From: an uncultured Actinoplanes sp. | GTDB lineage: Bacteria; Actinomycetota; Actinomycetes; Mycobacteriales; Micromonosporaceae | Assembly: GCA_934643405.1 (NCBI GenBank) | Contig: CAKUCL010000006.1 | Span: 2,714-66,713, forward strand | Reading direction: 5' to 3' | DNA: 64,000 bases | Part shown: positions 54,690-63,100 of the stretch, one piece after another | Layout: each line of letters opens with the position of its first letter | Numbering within the stretch: the first letter of the stretch is position 1 | Position numbers and translations under genes: made by a program | The notes under the pieces: model-generated | What the model was told of the DNA's origin: nothing | Database searches by the model: none | What the model saw: the letters and a program-made list of their open reading frames with translations, nothing else

Positions 54690-54691
54690 AC

Positions 54692-54866
54692 CCCACCGTC
54701 GCGTGGGGATGTACGCCGCCCTGGCGGGCGGAAGTCCCCACGCTGCGGCAACCCACCGTCGTGTGGGGATGTACGCCGTCCTGGCGGGCGGGAGTCCCCA
54801 CGCTGCGGCGGCCCACCGTCGTGTGGGGATGTGCGCCGCCCTGGACGGCGGGAATCCCCACGCTGC
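54692..54866. repeat. Tandem array (3 x 60 nt) of a nested-hairpin REP-like element, family variant B
   Basis: Units at 54692, 54752 and 54812: CCCACCGTCGYGTGGGGA-tgtacg-CCGCCC-tggc-GGGCGG-aag-TCCCCAC-gctgcggc. The array exactly fills the spacer between convergent stops 54689 (+) and 54866 (-). Confidence 0.85.
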
Positions 54867-55684
54867 TAGCGGTCGGCTGTCAGCACGTCGGCCAAGGGGG
54901 TGGCGGGATGGCCGGTCAGGCGCGGGACGTCCGGGCTGACCCGGGCCAGCTCACCGACCGCGATCGCGGTGTAGGTGGTCACCCACGCGTCGACCTGCCA
55001 GGCCGGCACGTCGTAGCCGGCCCGGGACGCGTACGCCTCCGGGACCGTCTCGGCGTGGTAGCTCACCTCGCGCCCGGTCGCCGCCGCGATGATCTCGGCG
55101 GCCTCGGCCAGGGACACCGCCGCGGGCCCGGTCAGGTCGTACGTGCGGGCCACGTGCGGCGCCGGGTCGCGCAGCACGGCCACGGCGGCGTCGGCGATGT
55201 CGTCCTGGGCGACCACCGCGGCACGCCCGTCACCGGCCGGGCCGCGGATCACGCCGTCCGCGCCGACCATCATCGGCAGGAAGTCCGCGTACAGGTTGTC
55301 CCGCAGGAACGTGAACGCCAGCCCGCTGCGCCGGATGTGCTGCTCGGTGTGCCAGTGGTCGCGGGCCAGCGTGAACGTCGCATCCGCGGCCGCCCCCGCG
55401 AACGACGTGTAGACCACCTGCCGTACGCCCGCCTCCACCGCGGCGTCCACGAACGAGCGATGCCGGTCGACCCGGTCCGGTGTCTCGGCCGCGGAGACCA
55501 TCAGGACGGTCTCGGCGCCGTCCAGCGCCCGCCGCATCGCCTCCCGGTCGCCGTACTCGGCGACCGCGGCCTCCACGTCGGAAGGCACCTTCGCCGGGTC
55601 GCGGTACAGCAGCCGCACCCGCCCGTCGAGCCGCTGCGCCACCCGCCTGCCGAGCCGCCCGCTCGCGCCGGACACCACGATCAT
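54866..55684 (-). CDS. NmrA-like / NAD(P)H-binding SDR-fold protein
   Basis: MIVVSGASGRLG Rossmann start. ATGA overlap with the upstream amidohydrolase gene. Confidence 0.8.
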   Translation of the reverse strand: MIVVSGASGRLGRRVAQRLDGRVRLLYRDPAKVPSDVEAAVAEYGDREAMRRALDGAETVLMVSAAETPDRVDRHRSFVDAAVEAGVRQVVYTSFAGAAADATFTLARDHWHTEQHIRRSGLAFTFLRDNLYADFLPMMVGADGVIRGPAGDGRAAVVAQDDIADAAVAVLRDPAPHVARTYDLTGPAAVSLAEAAEIIAAATGREVSYHAETVPEAYASRAGYDVPAWQVDAWVTTYTAIAVGELARVSPDVPRLTGHPATPLADVLTADR

Positions 55685-56664
55685 GCCGAACCTCCTGGAA
55701 ACAACACCCGAACCGTCGCCATGACGTCGGCGAACACGACCGGCGAGAGGTCGAGCCCGCCCGGTATCCAGCTCACCCCGTCGTCGGTCATCGCCACCAG
55801 GATCTCCTCCGGGGTGAGCCCGGCGCTCTGCAACGCCCGGATCTCCCGCGGATTCACCGTCGGCGGAAGCGGCCCGTTCCCCAGATCCGTCCCGTAGCGC
55901 ACGCGTCCGCCGTACTCGAGAAAGCGCCGCAGGTTTCCGATCGCCGTGGTCTGTTCCCGCGTGGGCGAGCCCCACCCGTGGATGTCCAGCGTGCTGATCC
56001 ACTGCATCCGCTCGGCGCAGACCCGCACCAGCCCGGGATCCAGCGGTTCGGTCCAGGGAGTGTGGGCCAGGATGTCGGCGCCGCTTTCGTACGCGACAAC
56101 GACCGTCCCCGGCCCTTCGGCGTGCACCACCACGGGAAGCCCCAGTTCATGAGCCGCCCGCACCACGGCGGTCATCGTGGGCAGGTCCATCCGCGGGCCG
56201 CCGGCGTGCGCGGTCATCTTGATCAGCGTCGCTCCGCCCGCGGCCGCCGCGCCCACGGCCTCGCTCGCCTCGGCGGCCGAGCCGATCGTCCGCCAGCTGC
56301 CCGGTGCGGCCCACGACCGGTCACTCGGGTAGCCCCCGGGGGCGGTGAGGAACGGTCCGGCGTAGCGGACGCCGGGGAACCCCGGGCGTCCCACGAGACC
56401 GGCCACACGGGACGGGACGCTGCCCAGGTCCCAGACGCCGGCGATCCCGCCCGCCCGCAGCACGGCCAGGTCGGTCAGTCCGGAGTGGACGTGCGCGTCG
56501 AGGATGCCGGGCAGCAGCGTGCCGGGGAACTGCCGTCGCCTCGCCCCCTCGGGGATGTCGTCCAGCGGCACCGGATCGGCCCGGCCGTCCGACCACCGCA
56601 GCGCCTCCCCGGTGCGCAGCCGGCCGTCCCACCAGAGCGACCCGGAGAGCAGGAACTCCGTCAC
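55681..56664 (-). CDS. Amidohydrolase-superfamily metal-dependent hydrolase
   Basis: GILDAHVHSG metal-binding motif and VVVHAEG. 4-nt overlaps with both kynU and the NmrA-like gene. Confidence 0.8.
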   Translation of the reverse strand: MTEFLLSGSLWWDGRLRTGEALRWSDGRADPVPLDDIPEGARRRQFPGTLLPGILDAHVHSGLTDLAVLRAGGIAGVWDLGSVPSRVAGLVGRPGFPGVRYAGPFLTAPGGYPSDRSWAAPGSWRTIGSAAEASEAVGAAAAGGATLIKMTAHAGGPRMDLPTMTAVVRAAHELGLPVVVHAEGPGTVVVAYESGADILAHTPWTEPLDPGLVRVCAERMQWISTLDIHGWGSPTREQTTAIGNLRRFLEYGGRVRYGTDLGNGPLPPTVNPREIRALQSAGLTPEEILVAMTDDGVSWIPGGLDLSPVVFADVMATVRVLFPGGSA

Positions 56665-57881
56665 TTCAGCAGGTCACGCAGCACCGACAGGCCGCGGTGC
56701 ACCTCGACGAAGCTGGTGCTCAGCGGGGCCGGACCGATCCGCAGCCCGTCGGGGCGGCGGTAGTCCGGGATCACCCCGGCGTCCCACAGCCGGTCCAGGA
56801 GGCCGGCGAAACCGGCCCGCTTCAGGGTCACGTGACCGCCGCGCCTCTCCGGTTCGCGCGGACTGACGATCTCCACCCCCAGCTCCTTGAGCCAGGAGTC
56901 CGCCAGCTCTACGGCGTACGAAGTAATTTGAACTGATTTCTCGCGGATTTTGGCCATGGTGGCGGCCTCGAGCACGTCCAGGTTCGCGTGCAACGGCACC
57001 ATGGCGAGGATCGGCGGCGTCCCGGAGAGCAGCGCCCGCGACCCCTTGGCCGGCTCGAAACCCGGGCCCATCTCGAACGACGACCGGTGGCCCATCCAGC
57101 CCCAGATCGGCTGTCGCAGGTCACCCTGCAGGCTCGCGTTCAGATAGGCGAACGCGGGCGCACCGGGACCGCCGTTCAGGTACTTGTACGTGCATCCGAC
57201 CGCGAGATCGACGCCCCACTCGTCCAGCTCGATCGGCACCGAGCCGGCCGAATGGCACAGGTCCCACATCGCCAGCGCGCCGGCCTCGTGCGCGATCCGG
57301 GTGATCTCCGGGACGTCGGCGAGCCAGCCCGACCGGTACGCGACGTGGCTGAACAGCACCAGCGCGGTGCGGTCGTCGACGACCTCGGCCACCTGCTCGG
57401 GCCGCACGCCCTCGACCGGGTCGGTGGTGATCCAGACCAGCTCCAGGTTCCGCTCGGCGGCGATGCCCTCCAGCACGTATCGGTCGGTGGGGAAGTTGTC
57501 GGTGTCCAGCACCACCCGGTTGCGTCCGGGCCGGGCATCCACCGCCGCCCGCGCCAGCTTGTAGATCAGCACGGTGGTCGAGTCGCCGATCACCGTCTGC
57601 CCGGATTTCGCGCCGAGCGCCAGGTCACCGAGCCGGTCGCCGAGGGTCAGCGGCCACTCCATCCACTCGTCGGTCCAGCCACGGATCAGCCGGCCCGCCC
57701 ACTGCCGGCGGATGAACTGGTCCATCAGCTCGGCGGTCGCGGCGAGCGGCCGGCCCAGCGAGTTGCCGTCCAGGTAGGAGATGACGTCGGCGTCGTCCGG
57801 GGTGATGAACCGGTCGCGGAACTCCGCCAGCGGGTCGGCGGCGTCCAGCGCGTCGGCGCGGGCCAGCAGGTCGTCGGTCAA
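56661..57881 (-). CDS. kynU: Kynureninase
   Basis: PLP-dependent kynureninase-like throughout (YLDGNSLG, CTYKYLNGGPGAPAF, RIGPAPLSTSF). Confidence 0.9.
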   Translation of the reverse strand: MTDDLLARADALDAADPLAEFRDRFITPDDADVISYLDGNSLGRPLAATAELMDQFIRRQWAGRLIRGWTDEWMEWPLTLGDRLGDLALGAKSGQTVIGDSTTVLIYKLARAAVDARPGRNRVVLDTDNFPTDRYVLEGIAAERNLELVWITTDPVEGVRPEQVAEVVDDRTALVLFSHVAYRSGWLADVPEITRIAHEAGALAMWDLCHSAGSVPIELDEWGVDLAVGCTYKYLNGGPGAPAFAYLNASLQGDLRQPIWGWMGHRSSFEMGPGFEPAKGSRALLSGTPPILAMVPLHANLDVLEAATMAKIREKSVQITSYAVELADSWLKELGVEIVSPREPERRGGHVTLKRAGFAGLLDRLWDAGVIPDYRRPDGLRIGPAPLSTSFVEVHRGLSVLRDLLK

Positions 57882-58732
57882 CTGACGGCTCCGATCTCGG
57901 TGCGTACGGCGTACAGCTCGGGGAAGAAGGTGAGGTCCAGGGCCTTGCGCAGGAAGGACACGCCGCTCGAGCCGCCGGTGCCGCGCTTGAACCCGATGAT
58001 CCGTTCCACCGTCTTCATGTGCCGGAACCGCCAGAACTGGAAGTTCTCCTCCAGATCGACAAGTTCCTCACAGGCCTCGTACGCCTCCCAGTAGCGCTCC
58101 GGGTTCTCGTAGATGCGCTGGAAGACGGGCACCAGGTCGGGGTTGAACGTCCACGGCAGGCGGACGTCGCGCTGGAGCAGCTCGACCGGCACGTGGTGGC
58201 CGTGGCGGGCCAGGTACCGCAGGAACTCGTCGTAGACGGTCGGCGCCTCGTACGCCTCGGTCAGCATGTCCCTGGCCGCCGGGTCGTCGTCGAAGATCTT
58301 CAGCATGTCCCGGTGCTTGTTGCCGAGGCTGAACTCGACCGCCCGGTACTGGTACGACTGGAAGCCGGATGAGGTGCCCAGGAAGCTGCGGAACTCCGAG
58401 TACTCGCTCGGGGTCAGCGTGGCCAGCACCGACCACTGCTCGGTCAGCGTGCGCTGGATGTGCTTGACCCGGGCGAGGCCCTTGAGCGCCGGCCGCAGGT
58501 CGTCCTTGGCGAGCAGCCGCTGCACCGACCGCAGCTCGTGCAGCACCAGCTTGAACCACAGCTCGGTGGTCTGGTGCTGGACGATGAACAGCAGCTCGTC
58601 ATGGTGTTCCGGGACGCTCACCGGATGCTGGGCGTCCAGGATCTCGTCGAGGTGCAGATACTTGCCGTACGAGAGATTGACCTTGAAATCGCGGACTATC
58701 GCGTCCTCGAGCGGCCGTTGCTCCGCGGACAT
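57878..58732 (-). CDS. kynA: Tryptophan 2,3-dioxygenase
   Basis: 284 aa from ATG 58732. LSYGKYLHLDEIL, HDELLFIVQHQTTELWFK, SGFQSYQYR, GTGGSSG are TDO hallmarks. Confidence 0.9.
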   Translation of the reverse strand: MSAEQRPLEDAIVRDFKVNLSYGKYLHLDEILDAQHPVSVPEHHDELLFIVQHQTTELWFKLVLHELRSVQRLLAKDDLRPALKGLARVKHIQRTLTEQWSVLATLTPSEYSEFRSFLGTSSGFQSYQYRAVEFSLGNKHRDMLKIFDDDPAARDMLTEAYEAPTVYDEFLRYLARHGHHVPVELLQRDVRLPWTFNPDLVPVFQRIYENPERYWEAYEACEELVDLEENFQFWRFRHMKTVERIIGFKRGTGGSSGVSFLRKALDLTFFPELYAVRTEIGAVS

Positions 58733-58776
58733 GGTGTTCCTCCTCAGGTATTCCTCCTTGAGGAGATCACACCTGG

Positions 58777-59202
58777 TCAGATGTTGGCGAGGGACCCATC
58801 GGTAAGGATCGGTCCCCAGTACATCCACTGACCGTCGTGCCGCACGAACCGGCTGCGCTCCACCACGTCGCCGGGCTTGCCGTGGTCGCGGTAGTGGGCC
58901 CGGAACTCGACAACCCCCTCGGCGTCGAACATCCCGCCGCCGCTGGTCTCGAGGATGTCCAGCCCCACCCAGCTCAGATGCGGGTCGGGCTCGATCTCGG
59001 CGGGACGCGTCGCCGGGTGCCAGGAGCTCAGCACGAAGGCGTCGTCGTCGATCGCGAACGCCGAGTACCGCGAGCGCATGAGCGCCTCGGCCGTGGCCGG
59101 CGGCTGACCATGATGCGCGGGTTCGCAGCACTCGGTGTAAGAAAGCCCACGCCCGCAGGGGCAGGCAGCGTCCGCCTTGAGTTTCGTCTTGGTTCGAGCC
59201 AT
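58777..59202 (-). CDS. YchJ-family (SEC-C motif) protein
   Basis: 141 aa from ATG 59202. N-terminal CPCGRGLSYTECC and an NTF2-like body (LMRSRYSAF). Confidence 0.85.
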   Translation of the reverse strand: MARTKTKLKADAACPCGRGLSYTECCEPAHHGQPPATAEALMRSRYSAFAIDDDAFVLSSWHPATRPAEIEPDPHLSWVGLDILETSGGGMFDAEGVVEFRAHYRDHGKPGDVVERSRFVRHDGQWMYWGPILTDGSLANI

Positions 59203-59840
59203 GCCGTCGATTGTCCCAGGTCGCCAGCTACCGCGAGGGAGGCTTCGCCGTTGCCGCCGCCCGCATCGGTCTGGGCGGCCGGCATGGTGGTCGGGCTTTC
59301 TCATGCTGGGACGGTCGGGGCCGGGGTGCCGATCACGGCTGGGGGGCGCTTCTATGCCGTGATCGGTCACCCGGTCCCCGCCCTCGCGGGGGGTGTCCTG
59401 GGTCGCTGACGGCTGGGCGCATGGCCGGGGCTTGTCGTTCACCTTCTGCGGGAAGGGGGTGGCTGCCGCGCTGTGGTCGTGGCGGGCGGCTTGATCACCC
59501 GGGCCGGCCTGGGTGGTGGGTCAAGCGAGCGCACCGTGCCGCTTGCGCTCAGTTGGTCGCCGCTGGGCGGCGGGTCACCCTGTTTGCCTTCGCGTCTGGC
59601 TCCGGCCTTGCCTCAACGCGTCCGGCTACGGGCTTCCCCACGCGTCCGGCTCCTGCCTTGCCTTTGCTTGCGGCCATGCCTTGGCGCACCCGGGACATCC
59701 GCTGCGACACCACTACGCCCCGGTTCCGGCTTCGGCCTCGGGCGCCGATCTTGCTTGGGGCCGATCGTGCCCGCGGCGCCGATCGTGCCTGGGCGCCGAC
59801 CGGGCCCGGCCCGGTGGCTTCGCCTCCGGCCTCTGACCGC

Positions 59841-60013
59841 GGTCCGGGTGTTGCCTTTGGTCCGGGTGTTGCTTCCGGTCCGGGTCGTATCCTCCGTCCC
59901 GGTCCGGGTCTTGTCTCCGGTCCGGGTCTTGTCGTCGGTCCGGGGTCAGAGTCTTGCCATCAGTCCAGGTCTCGTCCCCGGTCCTGGTCTGGGTCGGGGT
60001 CTTGTGTTGCGGG
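59841..60013. repeat. Degenerate 18-nt tandem repeat (about 9 units), non-coding
   Basis: GGTCCGGGTSTTGYCNYC repeated at 59841, 59859, 59877 (24 nt), 59901, 59919, 59937, 59963, 59981 and 59999. The tract is A-poor on the + strand. Confidence 0.65.
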
Positions 60014-60353
60014 AGCCTGCTGGGCTCGGGGATCGGCGTGTGGGGGCCTGGTGGGCTCCCGGTGATTGGAAGCCTCGGTGGGGTGAGGACCGCGCCGCGC
60101 GGCGGGGTGCGCGGGGCCGGGCGCCACAAGAGGTCGTGGCGTTATGGAAACGTGGTGTAAGGCGGTGACGGGGCCGTCGTTGCGGAACGTGATGACTTAA
60201 TCGCTTCATCGCGCTCCTCTGGGACGGAGTGTGCACCACCGTGGGGACTCACCAGAGTGCGAGATGACTGGGACGACACCGGCGGCTGCAAAGGTTGGCG
60301 CGCTGCCACGGCCGTACCGCAAACCGCTGTTCTCTTTTTGCGCGATCTTGCCG

Positions 60354-60359
60354 TAGGAT
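60354..60359 (+). promoter_or_regulatory. Candidate -10 hexamer (TAGGAT) giving a leaderless lacI-family transcript
   Basis: TAGGAT ends 6 nt before the GTG start at 60366. No SD is present, and no good -35 was seen. Confidence 0.3.
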
Positions 60360-60365
60360 CTGCAC

Positions 60366-61370
60366 GTGACGAAGCGTCTGGCCGAAGTGGCCAAGAAGGC
60401 GGGCGTCAGCGAGGCGACGGTCAGCCGGGTGCTCAACGGACGCAGCGGCGTCTCCGAGTCCACCCGCGCGTCCGTGCTGACGGCGCTCGATGTCCTGGGT
60501 TATGAGCGGCCCACCAAGCTGCGCGGTGAGCGCGGCCGGCTGGTCGGTCTGGTGCTGCCCGAGCTGCAGAACCCGATCTTTCCGGCGCTCGCCGAGGTGG
60601 TGACCGCCTCGCTGGCGCAGCGCGGTTTCACCCCGGCGCTGTGTGCGCGCACGATCGGCGGCGTTCCCGAGCGGGACTACATCGAGATGCTGCTCGACCA
60701 TCAGGTCTCCGGCGTGGTCTTCGCCGGCGGCTCGTACGCGCTGGCCGAGGCGGAGCACGGGCACTACCGCGCGCTGACCGATCGCCGCATGCCGGTGGTC
60801 ATGGTCAACGCGGGGGTCGACGACCTGGGTTTCCCGCACATCTCCACCGACGACGCCGTCGCGGTCGAGCAGGCGTACGGGCACCTGAGGTCGCTGGGGC
60901 ACGAGCGCATCGGCATGGTCATGGGGCCGGAGGATCACATGCCGTCGCGGCGCAAGCTGGGCGCGCTGGCCCGCATCGCCGGGCCGGAGGGGGAGAGCTG
61001 GTTCGTCGAGCGCACCAGCTTCTCGATGGAGAGCGCGCGGCTGGCCGCCGGCAAGCTGATCGAGCGCGGCGTGACCGGCATGATCTGCGCGTCCGACGTG
61101 CTGGCGCTGGGCTCGATCCGCGCGGCCCGCCGCCTCGGGCTGGAGGTGCCGCAGGACGTGTCGGTCGTGGGCTTCGACGACTCGGCGCTGATGACCTGCA
61201 CCGACCCGCCGCTGACCACGGTGCGGCAGCCGATCGAGATGATGGGGCAGGCCGCCGTCGACCTGCTGGTCAATCAGATCGAGGGCAGCGGCGTCGCGCC
61301 CGACGAGCTGCTCTTCGAGCCCGAGCTGGTGGTGCGCGGCTCCACCGCGCCGGCGCGGCAGCGGGACTGA
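60366..61370 (+). CDS. LacI-family transcriptional regulator
   Basis: HTH LAEVAKKAGVSEATVSRVLNG plus a periplasmic-binding-fold core. Confidence 0.9.
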   Translation: MTKRLAEVAKKAGVSEATVSRVLNGRSGVSESTRASVLTALDVLGYERPTKLRGERGRLVGLVLPELQNPIFPALAEVVTASLAQRGFTPALCARTIGGVPERDYIEMLLDHQVSGVVFAGGSYALAEAEHGHYRALTDRRMPVVMVNAGVDDLGFPHISTDDAVAVEQAYGHLRSLGHERIGMVMGPEDHMPSRRKLGALARIAGPEGESWFVERTSFSMESARLAAGKLIERGVTGMICASDVLALGSIRAARRLGLEVPQDVSVVGFDDSALMTCTDPPLTTVRQPIEMMGQAAVDLLVNQIEGSGVAPDELLFEPELVVRGSTAPARQRD

Positions 61371-61456
61371 GGCAACGAAAGAAGAGCGGGCTGCGGGACT
61401 GAGGCAACGAAAGAAGGGCGGGCAGCGGAACTGAGGCAAGGAAAGAAGGGCGGGCC
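61361..61456 (+). repeat. 3 x 32-nt direct tandem repeat spanning the lacI-family stop codon
   Basis: GCGGGACTGAGGCAACGAAAGAAGRGCGGGCN at 61361, 61393 and 61425 (2-4 mismatches). Copy 1 contains the real stop TGA (61368-61370). Confidence 0.85.
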
Positions 61457-61475
61457 AGTGGGCTCGCCCTTCTTT
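61442..61475 (+). terminator. Stem-loop terminator after the lacI-family gene
   Basis: AAAGAAGGGCGGGCC-agtg-GGCTCGCCCTTCTTT, about 15 bp. Only the third repeat copy has the complementary arm. Confidence 0.55.
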
Positions 61476-61511
61476 GTGTCCCAAAAATCCGCTACTTCAG
61501 TCGTGTCTTTT

Positions 61512-61532
61512 CAAGGAACGATCGAAACCTTG
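61512..61532. promoter_or_regulatory. Candidate LacI-family operator
   Basis: Imperfect palindrome CAAGGaaCGATCGaaaCCTTG in the AT-richer leader upstream of the sugar-binding-protein gene. Confidence 0.35.
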
Positions 61533-61653
61533 CCGAAATGAGTCGGCGTCGTTACAGTGACCTCACTCACTCCCGGCCGCGCACGAGGCCGTTGTCACCA
61601 CCGAATATCAATCGAATGCCATGGATACAACCCGTTCCCGAAGGGATGGACAG

Positions 61654-63033
61654 ATGTCCGTACCGCAGTACCGGAAGGTTGCGGCGCTGGCGCTCGTGAC
61701 CGGCCTCGGGCTCAGCAGCCTGGCGGCCTGCTCGACCAAGGGCGACGACTCGAGCGAGGCCGGCGGCAAGACGACGATCACCGTCGACTGCCAGCCGGTC
61801 GGCGCGCAGAAGGAGCTGCTGGCGAACTGGAACGCGGATGTCGCGGAGTTCCAGAAGCAGAACCCCGACATCACCATCAAGAGCGTCAGCGTCGGCGAGC
61901 AGTGCAACAACCCGCCGGACTTCACCGCCCGCCTCGCCGGCGGCACGATGACCGACGTCTTCTACGGCTACATGACCGACCTTCAGCAGGTGCTGGACTC
62001 CGGTCAGGCGATGGACATCACCCAGTACGTCAACAAGGACACCGTCTCGACCTGGGACAGCGTCGACCCGGCGCTCAAGTCGGTCTTCACCGAGGACGGC
62101 AAGCTGTACGCCGTACCGGTCAAGAATTATTCGATGGGCCTGGTCTACAACAAGACCCTGTTCCAGAAGGCCGGGCTGGACGTCGCCAACCCGCCGAAGA
62201 CGTGGCCCGAGGTCCGCGCCGCGGCCAAGAAGATCGCCGCGCTGGGCGGCGGCGTCGCGGGGTACGCCGACTACAGCGCCGGCAACACCGGCGGCTGGCA
62301 CTTCACCTCCGAGCTGTATTCGCTGGGTGGGCGGGTCCTCAGCGAGGACGGCAAGAAGGCCACGTTCAACTCGCCCGAGGGCAAGCAGGTCCTGCAGAAC
62401 CTCAAGGACATGCGGTACGGCGACAACAGCATGGGCAGCCGCCAGCTGCTGCAGTGGGGCGACCTGCTGACCAACGCGGCGGCCGGCAAGGTCGGCATGT
62501 TCATCGGCGCGCCGGACACCACCCAGGCGATCGTCAGCCAGTTCCAGGGCAAGTACGAGGACTGGGCGATGGGCCCGCTGCCCGGCCAGGACGGCGTCGC
62601 CAAGGGCACGCTCGGCGGCGGCGAGGGCTACTTCTTCAAGAAGGGCCTCAGCGCCGAGCAGGTCAAGGCCGGTCTGAAGTGGATCGCGTACGAGAAGCTC
62701 ACCCCGGGCAAGGGCCAGTTCGATTACGTACGGGCGAAGCCGCAGAACTACCCGGTCGGCCTGCCCCAGCCGCTGCTGTTCGCGGCCGGCACCGAGGCGC
62801 AGAAGCAGGAGGTCGAGCTGCGCAAGGCCAACGCGAACGTGGACACCGCGAACTACGCGCTGTTCGAGCAGAACCCGGTCCCGATCGTCGGCGAGCCGCG
62901 GAACGCGCAGGCCATCTACGCGGTTCTCGACTCGGCGATGTCCGGCGTGCTGACCAACCCCAACGCCAACATCGACGAGCTGCTCAAGACCGCCGAGGGC
63001 AAGGTCAACCAGCTCCAGGCGACCGGTAGCTGA
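61654..63033 (+). CDS. Sugar ABC transporter substrate-binding lipoprotein (family 1 SBP)
   Basis: Lipobox LSSLAAC-S and typical SBP_bac_1 sequence. The track ORF starts at 61621; the internal ATG (MSVPQYRKV) is preferred. Confidence 0.9.
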   Translation: MSVPQYRKVAALALVTGLGLSSLAACSTKGDDSSEAGGKTTITVDCQPVGAQKELLANWNADVAEFQKQNPDITIKSVSVGEQCNNPPDFTARLAGGTMTDVFYGYMTDLQQVLDSGQAMDITQYVNKDTVSTWDSVDPALKSVFTEDGKLYAVPVKNYSMGLVYNKTLFQKAGLDVANPPKTWPEVRAAAKKIAALGGGVAGYADYSAGNTGGWHFTSELYSLGGRVLSEDGKKATFNSPEGKQVLQNLKDMRYGDNSMGSRQLLQWGDLLTNAAAGKVGMFIGAPDTTQAIVSQFQGKYEDWAMGPLPGQDGVAKGTLGGGEGYFFKKGLSAEQVKAGLKWIAYEKLTPGKGQFDYVRAKPQNYPVGLPQPLLFAAGTEAQKQEVELRKANANVDTANYALFEQNPVPIVGEPRNAQAIYAVLDSAMSGVLTNPNANIDELLKTAEGKVNQLQATGS

Positions 63034-63041
63034 TCACCCGA

Positions 63042-63071
63042 GTGCGGGAGCCGGGCCACCGGCTCCCGCAC
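63042..63071 (+). other. Intercistronic stem-loop between the SBP and permease genes
   Basis: Perfect 13-bp inverted repeat GTGCGGGAGCCGG-gcca-CCGGCTCCCGCAC, 9 nt after the stop. Confidence 0.5.
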
Positions 63072-63100
63072 CTGCAAACCTGGAGTTTTCCTTGGCGATC

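Noticed and set aside
59211-60168. 284-aa and 231-aa + strand ORFs and a 138-aa - strand ORF inside the ychJ/lacI spacer
   Set aside because: Third-codon positions are T/A-rich or use rare codons (TTG, CAA, TTA). The sequences are simple translations of tandem DNA repeats, and no domain-like segments are present.
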